A stretch of 47,453 bases of DNA, counting the filler, from Platydemus manokwari (taxonomy: Eukaryota), in the NCBI GenBank assembly GCA_037951405.1. It is 3 parts of 3 records of this genome, joined end to end, with 100 filler letters (N's around TTAATTAATTAA, not from the genome) between each part and the next. Parts side by side here need not be neighbours in the genome. Positions count along the whole stretch, not along the records: positions 35,695 to 47,453 come from JBBMOY010479998.1; 2 more parts are not named here. One strand, 5' to 3'. The notes under the pieces were generated by a model. That model made no database searches and had not been told where the DNA came from. It saw only the letters and a program-made list of their open reading frames with translations. Positions 37,779 through 47,453 of this stretch are shown here, piece by piece. The translations under genes were made by a program, and so were the position numbers. Position 1 is the first letter of the stretch. Each line of letters starts with the position of its first letter.

Positions 37779-38292
37779 TGTGACAAATACATTATACAAA
37801 CATTTGAATACAGTACACATTTAAAAGGAAAGATTTGGGAATTACATAATATAAGATATACAGATTAGAGACAAAATCATGAATAAATCAAATGTAAAAA
37901 TCAAATGTAAATGTTCATGAGAATCCGAGATCATATTGTTCGTCCAGATCTACACGTTTGTGCATTCCCCACCATCGGGAATTCTCATCTCTCGGATCTG
38001 TTGGGATTATTGGCTCCGTCTTGATTGTTTCCTGGGGTTCTTTCCGGGCGACCTTCTCGGGCTTATCTCCACGATAAACCATTCCATCCCAGTTACCATC
38101 TTGGTCGAACTCAATCCTTTCATCGGCATTTGTGGCTGTTATACTTTGAGCATTTGGTGGTATGTAATAAGATGTGCTTGGGGCGTTAGAGGCGCTTTCC
38201 CAACAGTGTGTTGATTTGAAATACCTAAGACTCCCACTTATTTATTTCCCAGTTTTTATTCACAAAGGTGTCTCTCCACTTAGTTGGAGACA
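37779..38292 (-). mobile_element. solo-LTR-like element (TGT...ACA, ~514 bp) containing a 108-codon stop-free frame
   Basis: A relatively GC-rich island. The minus-strand start tgtctccaactaagtggagagacacc recurs at 19149 (+) as tgttcccaactaagtggggagacacc. No target-site duplication is seen. Confidence 0.5.
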
Positions 38293-41178
38293 TATGACTT
38301 CAATTGACGAGTCTAACTGATAACAATAGATATCTTTTGTATTTATAAATAACAATTCGATTTATTTCATACAATTTATTTTCAGCCGAATTTGTTTTAT
38401 TTATCATTTATTATTTTTCAGGAATTTTACAGTGGCTCGACCTATTTATATTTTAATTATTATTGTTATTTATATTTTAACTAGAATTGTAATTATTATT
38501 GATAGAATTCTACTAGCCTGACGCTAAGGAATCTGAAAATATTGTCTAGATTTCTAATCAAATAAAAAGTTAAATTAAATACAGTTACTCTGTAGAGGTT
38601 TCCAGAAATTTAATAATCTTTTATATATTTTAAAATGTTTTAAAGTATCGTAAAATGAAAAATAATCTAATCTGACGTGCCAACTTGGTGATATTTCCCG
38701 AGTTTCTAAATCAAGATTCAGTCTAAGTCTATTAATTGGCTTTCGTACTGATTTAATTTAAATGTGCTTGTAAGTAAACAAATTTCTTTGTTTGCAAACT
38801 TAAAAATATGTACTTCTTCCTATTGCCATCTTAGCTAATTTCACTTTTAAAAATAAATCACTTAAATTAACCAATCAGAATTTATCCTAGGATAAGTCAG
38901 ACAATATTGTCAAGTTCATCAAATTATTTTTAATTAATATTTAAATAATAGTTTATAAATATATTACTTTCAAATTATAAACTATCGAAGATCAAAATTA
39001 AAATTATTTGTGAAAATGCTTTTAAAAATAATTTTATTTAAAACATATTTTCTGAAAAAACCCTTTAATTCCATTCAATACAAAATTTAAACCAAACAGC
39101 AGTTACGAATAAATATTCTTTTTAATAAGTACCGTATTTTCCGAATTATGACTATGAGTTAACTGATTAATATATTAAATTAAATCAAAAATGTAAAGCA
39201 AGATTTAATGCTCACATTCGCTTATATTAACATCACCATCTTTTTTTAATATTCCAGCCTTAATAAATTCTAAAATCTGTTTTAAGGTTTTAAATTATTC
39301 ATTATTTATTCCAATTTATGAATATAAAACGGGTTTGCTCACTAAAATTCATAAATATAGGCAGTAGACTTAGAAACATTTCTGTAAGTCTTTTGTGGTT
39401 AATTCAAGTTGGTTTTGATTGTTTTTAACTTCTTTAATAATTTGCTAAAACCAAAACTGATTAATTTTAGGTATAAATTAATATCTATAAAATGACGACA
39501 TATTAATTGATAAACGACAGAAATGAAGCAGAAATAAACAAAATGATTTCTTATTTTAAAAGTTCAGAAAATAATTTAAAATTTTAATCTCTAAAGAAGT
39601 TGTTTGAATTGTTGATGTAAAATTGAAATTGCCATGATGGAACAGCGCACATTGCCATTGAAGTATTGCCATTTAAATATAACCAAATTCGTCTATCTTC
39701 CTTTAAATTGGATTGGAGATAATAATTCCCTATTTGGTTTATGATAATCCAACAATTTCGTTATCTTGTTGCATGACATGGTTTTTAATTAAATTAAAAT
39801 TTATGTATTTCAAATTAATATTTTGTATTTCAAATTATTTCCATGGTTTTTATTGATTTTATTTATGAAAAATTAGTTTAAAACATTATTCCATTACCGT
39901 TAAATCAAATAATAGTAATGTAATAATAATTTGTTTGATATTATCATTGGTTTTCTCCTTCAACTTTGATCATGTCGTTCGATGTCTGATTTGAACAAAA
40001 AATAATATGATTGAAAATGGATTCCATAAACAATTGTTTTGTTTTTGTTATCATAACAATTTGATTAATGGCCTCACTAATTGACATTTAATTATTTAAT
40101 GAGAAAGTCATTATATTGGATTATTTATTTGTTGGATTTGTTTTTGTATGGAATGACTTTCATCTGGGCCGGTTATATTATAAGTATTGTCGTAATAAAA
40201 TGACACATTTCAAAATATCGGTTCTATTTTTATCAGTTTTATTTTCAATCTCTATTAATTTTTGTATTAGCAATTCTTAATAATACAATTCTGTATGATT
40301 GGCTGACATATATCGTTCGACTTGACTCATGTGTGGGTGATGAAATAAGTGACGAAATTTCACGTCAGATTGTAGAAAAATATTTTTGACAACTAACTAG
40401 TCTGAACTTTTTATTTTCTTCATGCTTGGACTTATAACAATGTAATACTAAATATATCAGTGTCGTTATTTTATTTTACTTTAATAATGTTTTGTTTGAA
40501 TCGCTATTTATATTTCTTTTTGTTAGTGTTTGAATGTCAGTTCATGTTTATTTAAAATGACATTTAAATCAACCGCATCAACAAATTCATTTGAAATTAT
40601 AAAATATAATAAGGTTTTAATATGTAGAAATTGGTTATAATGATTTTATAATCATATATTATTTTTAAAATAATAAATTATAATTTTTAGTTAGATTTTT
40701 AGTTTTACTATTGTTAATAATATTTTCGTAATTATGATATAAAAGAGTTTTTGTCACTGGTTGTATTTACTTAATTTATAACTCAATTAAAGCACGGTTT
40801 GATAGAATCTTAAAAGATACCAATTAAATAGTTAATGAAAACTTATCAACGACTAATAGGAATGGAAGTTGTTTTTATTGTTGTGTATATTTATCAACGA
40901 AATTCTAAAGAATTATTTTCAAAGAAGCTCTTTATTTCAAGTTCGCTTAACATTTCAAAAAGCTCTTGTCGTTCTAATATAAAGTTACTTGTGATCGGTA
41001 GATCGAACCATTGATAATCCCAACAGATCATTCAGTGCATATCGATTTCACAGTGCTTTCTCCTGATAAATAATAAATTGACCATTGAATTAATCATTTT
41101 GTAGAGTAAAGATGGAATATCCCAAAAGGAGTGCCTTTTCGCACCTTGAGCATTTGCTTCTATACACAGCCACACAGG

Positions 41179-41518
41179 TGTAGCAACCAGCCAATAAGAG
41201 AGGACTTTGGTGGAAGATTCTTACTAAAAAATGAGCATAACTACAAGTACACTCCCGATCACAAAAAAATCAATAAATCCTATGTGAACTTGAGAAACGA
41301 AAATCAAATTCAAACGTGATACACAAATTGCACACAAATTTCATGTATAAATGCTGATGTAGAGATGACCAACTGACAGTTGGAAGCCTAGTATTATAAG
41401 ATTTTTTGTATGTGATATGTGGAATGTTTTTGATGAATTTTGGGAACGTTTTTGTAAGTTCTGACTAGTACGATTGAGTGAAATATAAATTGCAACCTTA
41501 AATTTTTTGAACCCGACA
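41179..41518 (+). mobile_element. solo-LTR-like repeat family A
   Basis: Begins TGTAGCA and is colinear with 12784-13030. TATAAA lies about 20 nt before ATGACCAACTG. Confidence 0.7.
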
Positions 41519-43251
41519 ATTTGACAGTTCATTCACAAATGGAGAACTTATCAAGACTAAATATCAGTTCTTTTTCAATTATTCTCTAGACCGTAAACAC
41601 CTCTTGATACCTTGTTTCATACTGGATATTCATAATGCAGAATCTTATAACAAGAAAAAATTTCCTCCAATGATCTCAAAATGTATTTGATTGTTCTGAA
41701 TCATTTGAATATCTAAATAACTATCTTATAAATGTTTACTGCTTTCTCCTCTTATAATGACATGAGTACTGCTTCCTTAAACATTGTACCCAGGCTTCTA
41801 TTAAAATTATATCATATAAAAGAAACCGTGTTAAGCCAGACTAGGAACTCAGGACTTTGCCTTGCGTAAAATGAACTAAATTAAGTTAGAGATAATATCT
41901 AGAAATTCATAATGTTTTGTTCTAACTAATAAAGTAAAATTTTATTATAAAAATGATGATAATAAAAACAAGAATAATAAATAAAATTATTAATAATATT
42001 AAATCACCATAATAAATAGTGATAATAATATTTTACAATTATTTATAATTCTTTTGAGATCTATGATGTTCGATTGTGTTTGCTATGACAATAAATCATT
42101 CCTCGAATGAATATTTATTTTAATCATTGAATCCCAATTTACTAACAAATAATTCACAGTTTTCCTTTTGATAAAATTAAATACCAATAATAAAATATCA
42201 GTAAAATTGATATCATATATAAAAACTAGTCAACTCCACCATAATTATCGAACAAATAAAAAACATGACATTATCAATCACCATAATTGTTTTTTCCAAT
42301 CCGATCTCAACTTGAAATTCAACTTGACCAACTGTAAAAAGTTGTACTTTTACATTGAAAATTCCATTCATTTTGTCTGTTGTTGTTCCAATACAATATT
42401 TGATGATTATTTTCACGAAAATATGTTGTTACCAAATTCCAATGATAAAATCTGTTAATACCAGAACTAGATTTGTTAATGACTTAAAGCTTAGCAGGAA
42501 TTTCCTAGAGCGATTTAGTTCATCAAATTATGTATGTGGTAATTACATGAAATTAAAGCAAATACTATCGCTACCACTTGGAGAAAAGGTGTTTATTATT
42601 ACGAAAATAAACTATTGCTATTATTATTTTCATAACTATTATTAATTTATTATTATCATTATTAATAGTAACTTTTAGAATTTTATTATTATTTATTATT
42701 ATTTTAGTCAATCTGACCAAATGAAATCTTAAACCGTTCCATTATATTATTATTTTATTAAAGATTTCCTTGTTTTCCGCAATAAATACTTAGAATAATC
42801 CTATTAATTGGATTTATTATTATTAAAATAAATAAATAAATATTCAGATGACTATGATAAAAACATGTTGGTGTCTGCATTTATCATCGAATTATCACGG
42901 AAACTGTTATTTTTGGAAGTTCATAAATTATTTATGATAAAACTTAAAAATCATATTCGCACATTTTTATTTCATAACCATTGGACAAAAAAATAAATCA
43001 TGGAAATCATAATCGAAATATGAATGTACATTAATATATATATTTTTATCACAACATTTAATGAGATTCTCTGTATCCGTTTTACAGTCGCAAGAGGCAA
43101 GGGTAGTAGTAATGATTGTGATCTGACAATTCTGCTATCACAATACAATGACAATTGGATGGTTCTCACAACACAAAAACTTTGGATAAAATACTGAAAT
43201 GCCACCTCAGAAAAATAAAGGATTTCCCATAACCAAATCACCACTACTCCA

Positions 43252-43676
43252 TCAGACATTGACGTAATAATGGCATATGTTCATTTCCTGTAGACATTTA
43301 CAACGAACATTGGAAAGAACTGTATGATCGAAAGGCCACGCAACATTGTTCATAGACCATTCTCGACACATCATTCGGGCACAAGCATCCAGACATTTGT
43401 AAGCTGTATTAAGTTGACATTGGAATATTCCAGTCGCTAGAACGAAAAACATTGTTTATTCAAATGATATAGCAATAAACGAGAGTTACTTACAATCTTC
43501 TTGAACCTCTGCTAAATTTTCTGGGCACGGTCGATTCATTTTATCAATGGTGAATGCTGAAATACCAATGAAACAAAATAATAATATCAACTTCTAATGA
43601 TAAGATTACCCGAGCTAAGTGCTATTAAAGCAATGACAATAAAAACATTATATTTGAAAAGTATTTTAGTATTCAT
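43252..43676 (-). CDS. secreted cysteine-rich protein, 104 aa, 3 exons (43676-43610, 43556-43494, 43436-43252)
   Basis: Two phase-1 GT-AG introns (53 nt gtaatc..ttcag; 57 nt gtaagt..ttctag) join into one frame: MNTKILFKYNVFIVIALIALSSAFTIDKMNRPCPENLAEVQEDSTGIFQCQLNTAYKCLDACARMMCREWSMNNVAWPFDHTVLSNVRCKCLQEMNICHYYVNV*. It has a signal-peptide-like N-terminus and 8 Cys. Confidence 0.85.
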
Positions 43677-43714
43677 AGTATTTAGATATAAAAGGAACAA
43701 GTTGAGAGTCGATA

Positions 43715-44455
43715 TTTATATACGTCATTGACCAATGCACTCCACGATATATTCTTATTGGACGATTGTAATTCCATCAATGAAGAGTAGGTGTGGTCAA
43801 TTATCGTGACGAGAGAACCACGTGATTAAATCGTGTGAGAAATGCATGCATTCAACATGCCAAAAAGATGTAGTGAAATGACATTTGTAAGGCCACTGGG
43901 ATTACGTGACAGAGATTCTGAGTTTTGATCTGTCATTTGTTGTTCCATCCACTGATGATTTGGAAACATTACGTGATTTCATATCAACTGGTCAATTTGT
44001 ATGCGATTTCCCCAAATCTATTTCAGCAACTCAAATATTTGTGATATCCACAGACAAACTATCAATATGATATCGATTAATCGAGGAAATGGATTTTCGT
44101 TTTAATCAATTTTGTTAGAAGATCACTCATTCGAAATTCACTCATGAAGCTTATTTAAACAAGAATTCGTATTTTTATCAATAATAATTTATCGTGAATG
44201 TCGAACAATATTTTGAAGATGTATTTCGATTTTAAGATGTAATTTGGACAACTCAAATATATCGATTTTTATTCGACATTTTTTTCGGTAGTTATTGATA
44301 ATTCGTGTTTATCATTAAAGACTATTTTACTTGTCTTCCCCAGTTCCGAAAGTTGTCAAATTAAAAAAAGGAAAAAGCTTGGTGGCACTTTCATTTTGTG
44401 TATCCGTTTTGTGACAACTCGTGTGAATGTAGGTGTTGAGAACACGTGATTAAAG
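43715..44455 (-). promoter_or_regulatory. putative promoter of the Cys-rich gene: TATA box plus clustered ACGT-core motifs
   Basis: Minus-strand TATATAAA at 43722-43715 next to TGACGTA. GAGAAC(C)ACGTGATTAAA occurs twice (43813, 44438) and ATTACGTGA twice (43901, 43968). Confidence 0.5.
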
Positions 44456-46855
44456 TGGATTTTGTTTTTCATGAATAAATGAGTTGTTATTGAGTTGGTG
44501 AATGAAAACTGGTTGATTCTATTTCACATGAATTTAGTCAATCAATAATTCGATTTTAATCAATTGTTTGGAATAGACTATTCTGAATATCAAGCAGATA
44601 TACTGATAATTTAACCTTAAACTAATCATATTATGCAATGAAGTTATTGATTTGATTTCATTCCGCTCTGTGGAGATGAGTCCGACATGTTGCACTATTG
44701 GCAAATCAGAAATCATAATAAGTTAAAATTAGATAAATCAATTGATGGATTTTGTTTTGCAACGTAAATATTGAACAATAAAAAACAAATCAGTTATTTT
44801 TTTAATCTAGGTCATAATTTTTTCGTTACGAAGTGTATGTGTGTGTGTCATTTAAAACAAAAAATTAACAAAAACTCATCATAAATAATAATGAGACGGT
44901 GATAAATCGAGTGGCTGATAAAATCAATTCAATATCATAATAATAATAATATTTTGTTTACAAAATCTGAAATGTTCAGAAGGCTTTTCTATCATATTCC
45001 ATTATTGGAATGGCATCGTAACGGAAAGAACGAGTTTGTACGCAATCATTTGAATTCGAGCCAAATCTAATATTAATCGAATAAAGACTTGATAAACTAT
45101 ATTTCAGAAAAATATTGATTTGGTCAAATGTATTTACAATAAAATGAAAAATTCACTTTATTCAAACAATGCCATAATATTTATTGATTATCATGAAAGG
45201 TTATCATGTGAGTTATTTAGTAATTGTCTGAATAGCTGACACATTTTTTGACATGTTGCCAAATATCTTGAAACTAATTATTATTATGATTATTATTATT
45301 GTCATGGCACCAAAAGATTCGACAACATGCTCATTCTTATATTTAAATTATTAGTCAAATTTGAAGGTAATTTTTCTGAAGTGAAAATAAGAAAGAATTT
45401 TTTATAATATTAGAAAATTCTTATCAAATCAAACTAAAAACAAGCTCATTGGTTGCGCTTAATTGATTTTCTCTTTGTGTCTTCAATAGATTCTGATAAA
45501 CAAAAGTGAGGGAAAATGTATTTTCTGAAATTTAATTGATATCAATTGTGATGTAAAAACTATTTGAAAACAAATATCCCAGATGTAACACGTGAAATAA
45601 TGAAATCTAAAACATTTATAAATAAACTCTCCAATGATTGATATTGATTGTTAATGCTATATAAAACATTGATCGAATTTTCAACGAGCTCCAGAGAGAG
45701 CTTATCAATTTTAATTTGGGTCAGTTCTATTAAAAGTCTTGTCTGATTTGGGTGATTGGTAAAACAATTTTCAATATAGTCTGTCAAGGAATTACCTGTT
45801 GTGGATACCAGAATTACTGTTTTCGACAGAACAAAAAAAATATTTTTATAATACATCAGTTTTCAAACATATTTTAAAATATTTAAAATTTATTTCCATC
45901 TAATTTGTCTTCGTTTAATTTAATTCCAATCAAAATGCTCACATTTTTATACTAAATCTTTATTTTTTTATTCAAAAGATTTAAATTTTATTTTTAATAA
46001 TTTTAATAATTTTTAAAATTGAGAGGTTATCAGTAATTTTTTAACCAAGATCATTTTATAAATATCAATATGGTATATTTATTTTTAATTTAATTTTTTA
46101 AAAATATCTTTTAACTCAAATTTTAATAATTTTAATCTTATATAAATTTTAATTATTTATCGTATTTTTAAATAAACTTCACAATAGATATGTTTGATAG
46201 ATTATTTAGAATTGATCGATCATTATCATTATTGTGGGGAAAATTTAAAAGAAAAAAATCAACAATAATTTAATAATAATTTATTTAATGAATTTAAATA
46301 ATTTAAAAATAATTTTAAAAATTAAAAAAAAATATATTATAATTATTAAGAAAGTTTTTAGAAAAAAATTGAACATTAGGTAATTTTAAATAATTTAAAT
46401 TTATTAATCTACTTATACGAGTGATTAAAATAAACAGTCCTTCCTTTCTATCATCCTTTTGAATATTGTGATAAAATTTTATGTTTGGATTTGTATATAT
46501 TGAATTATCATTTGCTAACAATTATCGCTACTACTGTCTATTATCAGTAGCATATGATATACACTTTTCCATTATAATGCCTTACATATAATGTTATCAT
46601 AAAAAAATATAAGTTCCATGTTTGAAAATGTTAAATCATGATTAATTCAATAAACCATTGATTTTTTGCACATATTGTATGTTGTTCCTATGAATTGAAT
46701 GAATGCAATCTTAACTCTGACATTTCACTATGTGCTGTTATTGAAGCCTTAATTAAATTTTAATTAGAAGAACTGAACTGTCAAATATAATTGTCATATA
46801 TATTGCAATTAATAAAGTTATTAGTATAATTCTGAATAAATTTTAATTATAGTAT

Positions 46856-46885
46856 CACACACACACACATGTATATATATATATT
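46856..46885. repeat. (CA)n/(TA)n compound microsatellite
   Basis: cacacacacacacatgtatatatatatat. Confidence 0.9.
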
Positions 46886-47002
46886 GTTGAGTGACATGAA
46901 ATTCTGCAAAACGAAATTGCACCTTGCTTAAGCATTTTAAATATTGACATGCTTACACTCCAGTACAGGAATAATAATAAGCCAATCATAGTGAAGTTTA
47001 GA

Positions 47003-47260
47003 TGTAATCGACCATTGGAAGAAAGAGCACGATTGGAGCAACAAAGCACGTATAAGTGAGTGACCATTCCCACTCATACAAAAACTTAAAAATCAATAAG
47101 AACATAGACAAACAAATAACGAATTAAAATGATACATGACACAAAAAATTACAAACCGATTACAAAATCGATGTAAAGATGACCAACTGCCAGATGGAAA
47201 CTAAGTTTTTGGTGATATTTTTAGCAGAAAGGTTTTTGTGTAGTGTACAGAATACTAGAT
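47003..47260 (+). mobile_element. solo-LTR-like repeat family A, diverged copy
   Basis: tgacca.tc...tcatacaaaa, tgataca and gatgtaaagATGACCAACTGcca (47179) match the 12.8-kb and 41.3-kb copies. Confidence 0.6.
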
Positions 47261-47453
47261 AAGAAATTATATTAATTACCCTCTATTTCACAGTCTGAGT
47301 TTAATTCATTCTTTAAAACTATTCAACAATATATAAATAATTGGCTAAAGTTAAAAAAAGGGTCCTACAATAAAAATTTAAAATTGTGGAGTGTATTGCA
47401 AAAATCTATATAGATTATTTAATTAAATTCTTTAATAACTTTTTGAATTTTTT

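Larger units (their letters stand above)
41520..45856 (-). pseudogene. scattered decayed exons of a possible multi-MAM-domain secreted/membrane protein
   Basis: Fragments: MISLRLNYQYICLIFRI (cf. L.SP......CL.F); QDIWQHVKKCVSYSDNY; LYWNNNRQNEW then, after a frameshift, NVKVQLFTVGQVEFQVEIG...MVIDNV (cf. W...V.L...FQV.FE...IAIDDI); RGES....YLDI...QIHFEIIGG. There is a partly hydrophobic N-terminus at 45856. Many stops are present and the limits are uncertain. Confidence 0.35.

Noticed and set aside
39130-39150. TACCGTATTTTCCG, a Tc2/pogo-like terminus (similar at ~3089)
   Set aside because: I found no matching opposite TIR, and it is too short to support an element.
1-47453. tRNA, rRNA or snRNA genes
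   Set aside because: I recognised no cloverleaf, A/B-box pair or rRNA-like GC-rich block by eye. tRNAscan-SE and Infernal would be needed to exclude them.

Overview
This is very AT-rich eukaryotic genomic DNA. The short GT-AG introns (49-57 nt), Gypsy/hAT/LINE debris and an (AAT)n tract fit an invertebrate such as a flatworm, but the taxon is an inference only. Two 100-nt N blocks carrying a TTAATTAATTAA linker (21061-21160, 35595-35694) split the window into three pieces that may not be adjacent in the genome. Well-supported genes are an intronless SLU7 splicing factor (9616-11361, +) and the first two exons of an M1 / puromycin-sensitive aminopeptidase cut off by the first gap. There is also an intact three-exon gene for a 104-aa secreted 8-cysteine protein (43252-43676, -), which the ORF track shows only partly. 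Less obvious content: (1) a local cluster of partly decayed class I SAM-methyltransferase-like paralogues (24.8-27.2 kb and 34.6-35.0 kb); (2) a long interrupted purine-rich ORF with an internal repeat and a ubiquitin-like C-terminal segment (21.2-22.95 kb); (3) scattered MAM-domain-like fragments around the Cys-rich gene; (4) a fold-back pair of hAT MITEs; (5) several solo-LTR-like repeat families. I see no rRNA, tRNA or CRISPR array. The best candidates for undescribed biology are the Cys-rich secreted protein with its ACGT-motif-rich upstream region, the split methyltransferase-like family and the ubiquitin-like-domain ORF. All domain calls are by-eye motif recognition, with no database search.
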